From: Synechococcus sp. UW140
GTDB taxonomy: Bacteria > Bacteroidota > Ignavibacteria > UBA10030 > UBA8401
Length of the DNA stretch: 64,000 nt
Direction of reading: 5' to 3'
Assembly: GCA_943364975.1 (NCBI GenBank)
Contig: CALRIY020000003.1
Coordinates: forward strand, 18,387-82,386
Under the pieces are notes generated by a model. The model searched no databases, was not told where the DNA came from, and was given only the letters and a program-made list of their open reading frames with translations. Below are positions 1-8,342 of the stretch, in pieces (position 1 is the first letter of the stretch; each line of letters begins with the position of its first letter). The position numbers and the translations under genes were made by a program.

Positions 1-322
1 CGAGGACCTTCCCGTCGCCCGCCCGGATGATCTCCGTGTGGCGTTCAAAATAATTCTTCACGGTGGTTCCGACCCATGTCCGGGCAGTGATGATATCTCC
101 GGGACGCGCCGGGGAGAGATAGTCGATCTCATGTCGGACCACCACCCAGATCACAGCGGCATACTCCTCTTCGGTCGCTGCCGCGGTCCAATGAGCGACC
201 GCGGTCTCCTGAACCCATCGGAGATAAACGGTATTGTTTACATGACCGAGCTGGTCGATGTCGCCGGGCACAACGGGGATGGTAAGGTCAAATCGTTCGG
301 TGGAAGGATCAGCAGTCATCAT
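1..322 (-). CDS. acyl-CoA thioesterase, 4HBT/YbgC-like hotdog fold (N-terminal 107 aa only; gene continues past the left edge)
   Basis: Runs off the window edge, so it is absent from the ORF track. Minus-strand translation from ATG at 322 reads MMTADPSTERFDLTIPVVPGDIDQLGHVNNTVYLRWVQETAVAHWTAAATEEEYAAVIWVVVRHEIDYLSPARPGD... The D-x-D-x2-GHVNN-x2-Y block is the 4HBT/YbgC thioesterase signature. Confidence 0.8.
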   Translation of the reverse strand, partial: MMTADPSTERFDLTIPVVPGDIDQLGHVNNTVYLRWVQETAVAHWTAAATEEEYAAVIWVVVRHEIDYLSPARPGDIITARTWVGTTVKNYFERHTEIIRAGDGKVL

Positions 323-328
323 CGTTTC

Positions 329-1903
329 CTATCGCAGAAGCAGTGCAGGTATCGTCCGGTTACGGCCATTCTCCGTCAGGACAAAATAATATGTTCCGCT
401 CGATCGGCCTCTTCCGTTCCATGTAATGGAATGTGTTCCCGTATCCATCTCTCTGGAGATCAGTTCATCGATTTTCCGTCCCAGCTGATCGTACACTGAA
501 AGTGTTACGTGTGAACGCACCGGAATGTGAAATGAAACGGCGGCAGAAGGATTAAACGGATTCGGGTAAACAGAAAACAATCCGTACGACTGCAGCGTGC
601 TGTTCCGGTCGAACCGGACAGCTGCTGGGACATTGTTATAGAGGGCGGCGTGGACACGGTCATGATTCGATCCTTGTATCCGGCTCATCGCTGCAATGAA
701 CGGCGGCACTTCGGCGATCAGGTCGATGAATCTTCCGTTTAGGTTAAACTCCAACGGCGGGGCGGGAAGAAAACTCACTCCGCTGCGGGAGTACCGTACT
801 TTGGTGAGCATGCCGCCGTACCGGAACACGTCAAATGATCCTGATGCCGCTTCAGATATTTTTCCCCGGACAACGGTCTCGGTAAAGAGTGAATCGCGGT
901 ACATCGGCGTCAGTGAAGCAGAGAATACTAAAGTGTGGAACCGGTATTTCGGCGCAGTATACGTTTCATCCAGCAGCACCACTGAACCATCCGTGAGACG
1001 GCGAAGCGCACGGATTCCCTGCTGATTGGAATAGAGCGGTATCGTGCGGTAGGAGATCAGTTCACCGTTCGTCCTGAGTGCGACCACCGTGACCGCAACG
1101 GAATTCTCTCCCGGTTTCCACGGGGATCCGGCCGCATACAGCGTATCACCGCTGAGAACGAGATTGACGCCCCGTTCTTCGTAACAGGAAAGATTGAAGT
1201 TTCTGCTCCACACAACGGTACCGGACGGGTCCCACTTGATCACCGTTCCATGTGATGTATCTGCAATGAATGTGTTGTTCGTCAGCCCGTAGATATTGTC
1301 GGCGTCATCCAGAATAATGTCATGGACAGTGAAGAGGCCGTTCTCGAACGGCGCGGACTTCCGGGACCAGATCAGCTCTCCGGAAGGGGAGAATTTCAGC
1401 AGAAGATATTTGATCTCGTCAGACTGAGAGATCCCGCCGATGATAATATTCCCCTGCGAATCGAATTCGATATCCCTCGGCATCTCCATCGTGGTCATCC
1501 CGTCGTTGCCGAACGTGGTATCCCAGACGACCGTTCCGCTGTAGGTCAATTTGAGCAGACGAACATTGAAGGTACCGGTCTTGTCCTCCGAATGTCCGCA
1601 GACGATGAAATGCTGCTGATCGTACGGACGGATGAACAATCCCTTCTCTTCGAATCCTTTCGTGCGGAACAGTTCAAAGATTGTTTCCCCCGATGAGGAG
1701 ACGGCGGAGATCACCAATGCGATCGAATCGTTCACCCGCTGTCCGGTGGAATAGACCGTGCCGTTCGGACCGATGAAAAGATCGGTGATCTCCAGACGAG
1801 AGGTCGTGTCGCCGAGAATGAATTCTGCGGAAGGATGGATCTGTGCCGAGAGTTCCTGCACAGATCCGAGTGCGATGAAGAAGAGAACCAACGATCTGAT
1901 CAC
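329..1903 (-). CDS. secreted beta-propeller-like repeat protein with T9SS C-terminal sorting domain
   Basis: 524-aa ORF with a GTG start 2 nt after the aguA stop. Signal peptide MIRSLVLFFIALGSVQELSAQ. Recurring G(T/E)(V/L)(V/I)W(S/D) strand units. C-terminus VYPNPFNPSAAVSFHIP...GTYYFVLTENGRNRTIPALLLR is a T9SS tail. Confidence 0.8.
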   Translation of the reverse strand: MIRSLVLFFIALGSVQELSAQIHPSAEFILGDTTSRLEITDLFIGPNGTVYSTGQRVNDSIALVISAVSSSGETIFELFRTKGFEEKGLFIRPYDQQHFIVCGHSEDKTGTFNVRLLKLTYSGTVVWDTTFGNDGMTTMEMPRDIEFDSQGNIIIGGISQSDEIKYLLLKFSPSGELIWSRKSAPFENGLFTVHDIILDDADNIYGLTNNTFIADTSHGTVIKWDPSGTVVWSRNFNLSCYEERGVNLVLSGDTLYAAGSPWKPGENSVAVTVVALRTNGELISYRTIPLYSNQQGIRALRRLTDGSVVLLDETYTAPKYRFHTLVFSASLTPMYRDSLFTETVVRGKISEAASGSFDVFRYGGMLTKVRYSRSGVSFLPAPPLEFNLNGRFIDLIAEVPPFIAAMSRIQGSNHDRVHAALYNNVPAAVRFDRNSTLQSYGLFSVYPNPFNPSAAVSFHIPVRSHVTLSVYDQLGRKIDELISREMDTGTHSITWNGRGRSSGTYYFVLTENGRNRTIPALLLR

Positions 1904-1904
1904 T

Positions 1905-2945
1905 CTACACCGCCGGTTCCTGCTGGCTGATGCAGTGGAGTGTTCCGAGTCCCCATACCAGGTCCACGCAGTCGATGCCGATCACGGCACGGTCCGGGAA
2001 CTGTGCCTGGATGAAGTTGAGCGCTTTCAGGTCGTTCGGATGATTGAACACCGGCACGATCACAAATCCGTTGCCGATCAGAAAGTTCGCGTAACTGGCC
2101 GGGAGTCTCTGACCGTCGTACGCAACATACCCCGGCATCGGCAGTTCGACGATGGTGAACGGCTTGTTGTCCTGATCGGTCAGCGTGCGGAGAAGGTGCA
2201 GATTCTCCTGAAGGATCGCATAGTTCTCATCCTGCGGATCCTCTTCCACGCAGGTGACGATCGTTGTCGGATTGACGAAGCGGGAAAGATCATCGATGTG
2301 TCCGTCCGTATCGTCGCCGACGATCCCGTCATTCAGCCAGAGGATCTTTTCCTGCCCGTAATACTCTTTCAGGAATGTTTCGATCTGTTCCTGGTTCAGG
2401 TTCGGATTGCGGTTCTCGTTCAGCAGACATGCTTTCGTGGTGAGCAGACATCCTTTGCCGTTCACTTCGATGGAGCCCCCCTCCATCACGATACCGGGAT
2501 AGAAGACGGGAATATTATACTGCTCGGCGATCTTCGTCGGCACGATGTCATCCAGATCGAACGGCGGATATTTTCCGCCCCACGCGTTGTATCCCCAGTC
2601 CACGATCGCCAGTTTGTCCTTTGCGTTCGGATTTACGACAAATGCCGGACCGTGATCGCGGCACCATGCGTCATTGGTGGGGATGCGGTACAGCGTGAAC
2701 CTGTCCTCGGGAACGCCGGCAAGCGTCAGACGCGAGGTGACATCGTCGAACATCTCGTCATCCTTCACATTGATGTTCACATGCTGGAAGCGTGCGATGG
2801 TCTTCACGATGTTCGTATAGACGTGCGGGACCGGTTCGAATTTATCGGGCCAGGATTCCAGTTTGTGCGCCCAGCTGAGCCACGTCGCTTTTTGATTTTC
2901 CCATTCTGCGGGGAAACGGTAGCCGAGTTGTTTTGGTGTCTTCAT
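1905..2945 (-). CDS. aguA: agmatine deiminase
   Basis: ORF-track entry 1905..3410 trimmed to ATG 2945 (MKTPKQLGYRFPAEWENQ...). Family blocks WCRDHGP, GGSIEVNGKG and DGHIDD are present, with the C-terminal catalytic Cys in GTLHCISQQ. Adjacent to aguB. Confidence 0.9.
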   Translation of the reverse strand: MKTPKQLGYRFPAEWENQKATWLSWAHKLESWPDKFEPVPHVYTNIVKTIARFQHVNINVKDDEMFDDVTSRLTLAGVPEDRFTLYRIPTNDAWCRDHGPAFVVNPNAKDKLAIVDWGYNAWGGKYPPFDLDDIVPTKIAEQYNIPVFYPGIVMEGGSIEVNGKGCLLTTKACLLNENRNPNLNQEQIETFLKEYYGQEKILWLNDGIVGDDTDGHIDDLSRFVNPTTIVTCVEEDPQDENYAILQENLHLLRTLTDQDNKPFTIVELPMPGYVAYDGQRLPASYANFLIGNGFVIVPVFNHPNDLKALNFIQAQFPDRAVIGIDCVDLVWGLGTLHCISQQEPAV

Positions 2946-2957
2946 ACATTTAAAGGA

Positions 2958-3006
2958 AACCACAGATTCACAGATGTTTAAAAAAATAATCTGAGAATCT
3001 GTGGTT
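2958..3006. repeat. 12-bp inverted repeat with 8-nt periodic arm between aguB and aguA
   Basis: AACCACAGATTC (2958..2969) pairs with GAATCTGTGGTT (2995..3006). The left arm continues as CACAGATT CACAGATG. Confidence 0.75.
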
Positions 3007-3013
3007 AATATTA

Positions 3014-3889
3014 TTAATCGATAAATCGTTTGGTAATATCGGAATATGCGTCGATGCGTCTGTCGCGGAGGAAGGGCCAGTGAACGCGCGTGCTGTTGGC
3101 TCTGCCAAGATCCACAGTGACCACATTCACCTCTTCCTTGTCGTGCGATGCTTTGAAGAGGATCTCTCCCTGATTCCCGGCAACGAATGAACCGCCCCAG
3201 AATGTCTGGTTCCCTTCGTGTCCCACGCGGTTCACCGAAACAACGGGAATGCCGTTCGCAATGGCGTGGGAACGCTGGATCGTTTCCCAGGAATCGTGCT
3301 GGATCTTGTTCACAGCCGGATCCTCGCCGTCCGCCCAGCCGATGGCGGTGGGATAGAAGAGGATCTCCGCGCCGGTCAGCGCCGTCAGCCGCGCTGCTTC
3401 CGGATACCACTGGTCCCAGCAGATGAGCACGCCGAGTCTGCCGAATTTTGTGGGGAACGATTTGAATCCTAGATCGCCCGGAGTGAAATAGAATTTTTCG
3501 TAGTACGCCGGATCGTCGGGAATGTGCATCTTGCGGTATTTCCCGAGGTAAGAACCATCCGCATCGATCACCGCCGTGGTATTATGATAGATCCCTTCCG
3601 TCCGCTTCTCAAACAGCGAGGCAATGATCACTACCCCTAGCTCTTTCGCAAGCGGCTGAAGGATATCGGTCGTTTTTCCGGGGATGGATTCTGCCAATTG
3701 GAACGGAGCATAATCTTCCTTATCGCAAAAATAGAGCGAGGTGAAGAGCTCCTGCAGACAGACGATGTTCGCCCCTTTGCCCGCGGCTTCGCGGATCCCG
3801 GCGGCGGCTTTCGCAGTGTTGGATGCGGCATCGCTTGTGCAGGACATCTGCACAAGTCCGATATGGACATTACGGTGATTGCTCATCAT
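3014..3889 (-). CDS. aguB: N-carbamoylputrescine amidase (nitrilase superfamily)
   Basis: ORF-track entry 3014..4060 trimmed to ATG 3889 (MMSNHRNVHIGLVQM...). Shows the CN-hydrolase E/K/C context (CLQELF, YRKMHIP, VLICWDQWYPE). The start overlaps the stop of the upstream receiver gene (ATGATGA). Confidence 0.9.
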   Translation of the reverse strand: MMSNHRNVHIGLVQMSCTSDAASNTAKAAAGIREAAGKGANIVCLQELFTSLYFCDKEDYAPFQLAESIPGKTTDILQPLAKELGVVIIASLFEKRTEGIYHNTTAVIDADGSYLGKYRKMHIPDDPAYYEKFYFTPGDLGFKSFPTKFGRLGVLICWDQWYPEAARLTALTGAEILFYPTAIGWADGEDPAVNKIQHDSWETIQRSHAIANGIPVVSVNRVGHEGNQTFWGGSFVAGNQGEILFKASHDKEEVNVVTVDLGRANSTRVHWPFLRDRRIDAYSDITKRFID

Positions 3890-4281
3890 GATTGGTGTCG
3901 TTGTGTCTGAACAGCGTGAAAGTGATTGATGACGTCCGTGAGGGTCTCTTTCAGGATCGGTTTGGCGATGAACATATCTGCCGCGATACCGGAGGTAACG
4001 GCAGGTGTAAACATCTGCTGGTGTCCGGAGATCATAACACAGAACAATGAACTGTTCCATTCTTTCGCGATCGTGATGATTTGTCCGCCGTCCATTCCCG
4101 GCAGGACAAAATCGCAGAGAAGGATGTCGACTGTTTCGCTTTTGAGGATCTCCAGCGCTCCATGTTCACTCACCGCCAGAAAAACTCGATGACCTTCCTT
4201 CGTCAGCGCTTCTTTAAAGAAGAGCGAGAGCGATATATCGTCGTCCACCACCAGGAATGTCAAAGGTCTGTCCGTTATCAT
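3886..4281 (-). CDS. single-domain response regulator (CheY-like receiver)
   Basis: 131 aa. VVDDD acidic pocket, phospho-acceptor Asp in LLCDFVLPGMDG, Ser in VMISGH and Lys in FIAKP. No output domain. Confidence 0.85.
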   Translation of the reverse strand: MITDRPLTFLVVDDDISLSLFFKEALTKEGHRVFLAVSEHGALEILKSETVDILLCDFVLPGMDGGQIITIAKEWNSSLFCVMISGHQQMFTPAVTSGIAADMFIAKPILKETLTDVINHFHAVQTQRHQS

Positions 4282-4287
4282 CGCGTC

Positions 4288-5520
4288 CTACGCTTTTCCG
4301 AAACAGATGGTCGCATTAGTTCCGCCGAAACCGAATCCGTTCGACAGGGCGTACCGGATCTCCCGCTTCCTGGCAACATTCGGCACATAATCCAGATCAC
4401 ACTCGGGATCGGGATTGTCCAGATTGATTGTGGGCGGGATGATCCCTTCTTTCAGCGCGAGGATCGTCAATGCCGCTTCCACCGCACCGGCAGCGCCGAG
4501 CAGATGGCCGTGCATGGATTTGGTGGAACTGATCATCATCTTCTTTGCATGATCCCCGAAGAGACGCTTGATCGCTTTGGTCTCGGCCACATCACCGAGT
4601 CCTGTGGAAGTTCCGTGCGCATTCACATAATCGATATCTTCCGGTTTCAGTCCGGCGGACTTCACCGCCAGCTTCATCGCCCGCATCGCACCGTCGCCAT
4701 CCTCCGGAGGAGCGGTGAAATGGAACGCATCGGCGGTCATTCCCACGCCGAGGATGCGTCCGTAGATCTTCGCGCCCCGTTTCTTCGCATGTTCTTCTTC
4801 TTCAATAACGAATGCGCCGGCCCCTTCGCCGAGGACGAATCCGTCCCGGTCCTTGTCGAACGGACGGGAAGCGCGGTGCGGTTCGTCGTTCCGTTTGCTC
4901 ATCGCGCGCGCGGAACAGAATCCCGCCACGCCGATCTCGGTGATGGAAGCTTCCGCACCGCCGACGATCATGGCATCCACTTCGCCCCGCTGGATCGCGT
5001 GGTATCCGTCCGCAATGGCGTGATTGCTTGTTGCACAGGCGGAGACGACGCCGTAATTCAATCCTTTGGCACCGACACGGATCGCCAGAAGACCGGAGAC
5101 CATATTGATGATCACCGACGGGATGAAGAACGGAGAGACCTGTTTCGGTCCGCCCGCTTCCAGTTTCACGGAGGTGTGGCTGATACCGATCAGTCCCCCG
5201 ACACCCGAACCGATGATGATCCCGATACGTTCGGCATTCTCCGGAGTGATCGTGAGTCCTGAATCCTCCACGGCATCCAGACCTGCGCCGATGCCGAATT
5301 GAACGCAGAGATCCCACCGGCTGACCTCTTTCGCATCAAAGTACTTTTTGGGATCGAATCCCTTCACTTCTGCAGCGATCTGCGTAACAAAACGCTCTTT
5401 CTCAAATTTGGTAATGTATCCGACTCCGGACTTCCCGGCGATCGCGCTGTTCCACGATTCCTGCACGGTCAGTCCGAGGGGGGAGATCAGACCCATTCCT
5501 GTAATAACGACATTTCGCAT
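4288..5520 (-). CDS. fabF: beta-ketoacyl-ACP synthase II
   Basis: ORF trimmed to ATG 5520 (MRNVVITGMGLISPLG...). Active-site Cys in SACATS, His in NAHGTST and GHLLGAAG, C-terminal NGFGFGGTNA. Confidence 0.92.
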   Translation of the reverse strand: MRNVVITGMGLISPLGLTVQESWNSAIAGKSGVGYITKFEKERFVTQIAAEVKGFDPKKYFDAKEVSRWDLCVQFGIGAGLDAVEDSGLTITPENAERIGIIIGSGVGGLIGISHTSVKLEAGGPKQVSPFFIPSVIINMVSGLLAIRVGAKGLNYGVVSACATSNHAIADGYHAIQRGEVDAMIVGGAEASITEIGVAGFCSARAMSKRNDEPHRASRPFDKDRDGFVLGEGAGAFVIEEEEHAKKRGAKIYGRILGVGMTADAFHFTAPPEDGDGAMRAMKLAVKSAGLKPEDIDYVNAHGTSTGLGDVAETKAIKRLFGDHAKKMMISSTKSMHGHLLGAAGAVEAALTILALKEGIIPPTINLDNPDPECDLDYVPNVARKREIRYALSNGFGFGGTNATICFGKA

Positions 5521-5870
5521 AAAGGCACCTGCTGTAATTTGTGGTAGAAGATAGGGAAATTTTGCAAGTCGAACAAGAAGAGCTCTTCTGTCCGTTCCGA
5601 AGCGATCGGTCAATGTTTACGATGTCTCCGGTTCTTTGTGACAAACAAAATTTGGAACAGTCCGCGTTCCGTGAAAATGAAATCATTGCTGAATAGATTG
5701 AGTAATATGGAGACCGAGAGGTCCGAAACATGCATTTTCCCGAAATCGGCCGAAGAGGAAGACATCCGGCAGACAGGAACTAGACGTTTCGAGTCATCAT
5801 TTCTAATATTTTTGTATTTTGGTTCGGATCATTCCTTCATATTCGAACGTCCACAATCGAAGACCTGTAT

Positions 5871-7181
5871 ATGTCAACCCAACAAAAAAACCGATCGGCG
5901 GGGATCAGCGAATCATTCAAGGATTTTTTTCACAGCAGCACTTCCGGGGGGATCGTTCTTCTGGTTTGCACTGCTGCCGCACTGATCTGGGCGAATTCCC
6001 CGTGGTCCGAACAGTATTTTTCGCTGTGGGAGAAACATTTTTCCATTGGTATCGGCAGTGCCGTTCTCTCCAAAACGCTGCTGCATTGGATCAACGACGG
6101 ACTGATGGTGATCTTCTTCTTCTTTGTTGGATTGGAGATCAAACGGGAGATCCTTGTCGGCGAACTCTCGTCATTGAAGAAAGCGCTGCTCCCCATTCTT
6201 GCTGCCATCGGCGGAATGATCGGTCCTGCACTCATTTATCTCCTCTTCAATCCGGCCGGCTCCGACACGGCGCACGGATGGGGGATCCCGATGGCGACCG
6301 ATATCGCATTTGCCCTTGGCATCCTTGCACTGCTCGGCGACAAAGTGCCGCCGGGACTCAAGATCTTCCTTGCCGCACTCGCCATTGCGGATGATATGGG
6401 TGCGGTGCTCGTTATTGCATTCTTCTATACCAGTGAACTGTCATTGACAATGCTGGCGATCGGCGGAGGATTCATTCTGCTGCTTATTGCCGCCAACAGA
6501 TTCAATGTCCGTTCCTCTGCGATCTATACGATCCTCGGCATCGGTCTTTGGTTCTGCTTCCTGAAATCCGGCATCCATGCAACCATCGCCGGAGTACTGC
6601 TGGCGATGACCATCCCGGTGAGCAAAAAGATCAATAAGGAACAATTCGTCGAGGAGACGATCGGTACACTGCGGGAGCTGAAAAACAATACGGATCGGCA
6701 AAGCGTCAACGAATTGATCCACAAAGTGGCATCCTTAAGCGAAGAGGTACAGTCGCCGCTCCACCGGTTCGAGCACGCCCTCCATCCGTTCGTCTCATTC
6801 CTGATAATGCCGGTGTTCGCGATCGCGAATGCCGGTGTGAAGATCGAGGGAAATGTCATTGATGCACTGATGTCCCCGGTCGGTCTCGGCGTTGCCGTTG
6901 GCTTGATCGCCGGAAAGCAGATCGGCATCTTTTCGTTCGTCTGGATCGCCGTGAAGACAAAGACCGCCGCTCTGCCGGAGAACGTCTCGTGGGGAATGAT
7001 CTACGGAACGACGTGGCTCTGTGCGATCGGATTCACCATGGCAATCTTCATTGCCAGTCTTGCCTTTCCAACGGAAGAACCGCTCATCATCAGCAAGATC
7101 GCCATCCTCTTTGCCTCTGCTCTTTCGGCGGTGACCGGACTCATCATCCTGTCGCAGATGAAATACCGCGCACCGGAATAA
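5871..7181 (+). CDS. nhaA: Na+/H+ antiporter NhaA
   Basis: 436 aa. NhaA blocks WINDGLMVIFFFFVGLEIKRE, GWGIPMATDIAFALG and LAIADDMGAV. About 12 TM segments. Confidence 0.92.
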   Translation: MSTQQKNRSAGISESFKDFFHSSTSGGIVLLVCTAAALIWANSPWSEQYFSLWEKHFSIGIGSAVLSKTLLHWINDGLMVIFFFFVGLEIKREILVGELSSLKKALLPILAAIGGMIGPALIYLLFNPAGSDTAHGWGIPMATDIAFALGILALLGDKVPPGLKIFLAALAIADDMGAVLVIAFFYTSELSLTMLAIGGGFILLLIAANRFNVRSSAIYTILGIGLWFCFLKSGIHATIAGVLLAMTIPVSKKINKEQFVEETIGTLRELKNNTDRQSVNELIHKVASLSEEVQSPLHRFEHALHPFVSFLIMPVFAIANAGVKIEGNVIDALMSPVGLGVAVGLIAGKQIGIFSFVWIAVKTKTAALPENVSWGMIYGTTWLCAIGFTMAIFIASLAFPTEEPLIISKIAILFASALSAVTGLIILSQMKYRAPE

Positions 7182-7188
7182 ATAAAAA

Positions 7189-7211
7189 CGGCCGTTCATA
7201 ATGAACGGCCG
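7189..7211. terminator. hairpin between convergent nhaA and the Cys/His-repeat gene
   Basis: CGGCCGTTCAT-a-ATGAACGGCCG. The T-run follows on the minus strand (TTTTTATTT), so it fits best as the terminator of the 7240..7671 gene. Confidence 0.65.
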
Positions 7212-7239
7212 CACCGTGTCCGGCGGAAAGATAACGCTG

Positions 7240-7671
7240 TTATTGCGGTTTGCCGCTTTTCTTCATCTCGTCCTTCTTCATCCCCTGCTTGGCATGCATC
7301 TCACACATTTTTTCTTTGGTGCAGTGCGAACATTCCATCGCTTGTTTTTCTGACTCCGCTTTGGCATGCATCTCACATAGTTTATCGTTCGTACAGTGCG
7401 CACACATCTTCGCATCTGAACCGGATTTCTTTTCCATCACCTGCTTCGAATGCATCTCGCACAGTGTATCCTTCGTACAATGCGCACACGCTGCTCCATC
7501 TTTCGTCATTTCTTTCTTCATTCCCTCTTTTGCCGCTCCCTCATGTTTCATCTCATGCTTCTTTTCTGTTTTCATTTCCTCTTTCTTTTCCGCAACCTGT
7601 GCGGAGAGAAGGCTGAAACCGAAACAGAAGAGCGCTGTGAACATGGTAATTTTTGTGACTGCAGACCGCAT
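7240..7671 (-). CDS. secreted Lys/Glu/Met-rich protein with three C-x-H-C-T-x4-C-E-M-H repeats (unknown family, putative metal/redox binding)
   Basis: 143 aa. AAGGAG lies 6 nt upstream of the ATG. Signal peptide MRSAVTKITMFTALFCFGFSLLSAQ. Repeats are CAHCTKDTLCEMHS, CAHCTNDKLCEMHA and CSHCTKEKMCEMHA. A terminator hairpin follows at 7189..7211. Confidence 0.75.
   Translation of the reverse strand: MRSAVTKITMFTALFCFGFSLLSAQVAEKKEEMKTEKKHEMKHEGAAKEGMKKEMTKDGAACAHCTKDTLCEMHSKQVMEKKSGSDAKMCAHCTNDKLCEMHAKAESEKQAMECSHCTKEKMCEMHAKQGMKKDEMKKSGKPQ
7291..7488 (-). repeat. three in-frame 42-nt repeats encoding the C-x-H-C-T-x4-C-E-M-H unit
   Basis: Units at 7291..7332, 7363..7404 and 7447..7488. The shared plus-strand core is G(C/A)ATGCATCTC(A/G)CA...CA(G/A)TGCG(A/C)ACA. 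Confidence 0.9.
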
Positions 7672-7748
7672 GGTGAACTCCTTAATATAATTCGATAGAT
7701 CATCGTTGATGGAATGGTGTACGTGAACAGACTCTGTCTCCGAAACAT

Positions 7749-8267
7749 TTACGGATGTGCGTCATTCATTCTGGTGTAATCGATGCCGACGCCGTGGCAG
7801 CCGATGCATCCCGATCCTTTATTGGTAACGGGATACGTCGCCGTGCCGGAGGGAGACGTTTCCGCCCAGACCCATCCGTTCGCATCGGCATTCTTGTCAT
7901 TCCTTTTCTTAAAGAGGAACACATAGGTGGTGAGCACGTTGCCGGTGTAGAGTTCTTTGACGATCAGAGAGGAATCGGGAAACACCGTTCCGCTTTTCAC
8001 TTTCCCGTTCGCATCGAGAGAGTTGGCAGCGATAGTATTGTACCGGGTCCGCAGTTTTGCATCCGGATGCCCGGAGTTTCCCCCTTTCAGGATCGTGTCA
8101 GGAGAGTTCTTATAAAAGACGAATCCGGTGACGTTTTTGCCGAGCTGATACAGCTGCGATTCGGTGGTGGTGGATGCACCGGGAACCGCCGGAGTTGCCG
8201 GGGAATCTTCCTCATTGCAACCCGAGAGGATAAAAATTGACAGAACGAGCAGAACGGTATTTCTCAC
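7749..8267 (-). CDS. cytochrome P460-like haem lipoprotein
   Basis: ORF trimmed to GTG 8267, preceded by AGGAGAAAACCGC. Lipoprotein signal LLVLSIFILSGC. Family-like blocks SGHPDAKLRTRYN, FPDSSLIVKE and NGWVWAE, plus the C-terminal haem c site CIGCH. Confidence 0.8.
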   Translation of the reverse strand: MRNTVLLVLSIFILSGCNEEDSPATPAVPGASTTTESQLYQLGKNVTGFVFYKNSPDTILKGGNSGHPDAKLRTRYNTIAANSLDANGKVKSGTVFPDSSLIVKELYTGNVLTTYVFLFKKRNDKNADANGWVWAETSPSGTATYPVTNKGSGCIGCHGVGIDYTRMNDAHP

Positions 8268-8317
8268 GCGGTTTTCTCCTTTATTGGTGATTGAACATAG
8301 TTGAAGATACAAGAAAG

Positions 8318-8336
8318 GTATCACAGAACTATCACG
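8318..8336 (-). promoter_or_regulatory. candidate response-regulator box (direct repeat TATCAC-N5-TATCAC) upstream of the P460-like gene
   Basis: Plus strand GTATCACAGAACTATCACG, 17/19 identical to 10701..10719. 11-bp periodicity as in OmpR/PhoB-type boxes. It lies in the 75-nt gap between the HK stop and the P460-like GTG. Confidence 0.45.
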
Positions 8337-8342
8337 CACAGA

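Noticed and set aside
1758-2981. 407-aa plus-strand ORF
   Set aside because: It lies entirely antisense to aguA, which has unmistakable agmatine deiminase motifs. Its own translation is Arg/His/Val-rich with no motif. This is a typical shadow ORF in GC-rich coding DNA.
2946-3410. N-terminal 155-aa extension of the aguA ORF (and the similar 3890..4060 extension of aguB)
   Set aside because: The extensions overlap the neighbouring real genes in another frame and are Arg/Gly-rich. Homology-like sequence starts only at the internal ATG codons 2945 and 3889.
5402-5731. Possible acpP or other small gene upstream of fabF
   Set aside because: The 109-aa minus-strand ORF has no ACP DSL motif, is Ser/Arg/Cys-rich, and overlaps the fabF N-terminus.
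7291-7488. C-x-H-C motifs as haem c attachment sites
   Set aside because: Haem c needs C-x-x-C-H. Here the His is inside the Cys pair (C-A-H-C-T), so a multihaem cytochrome call is not supported.
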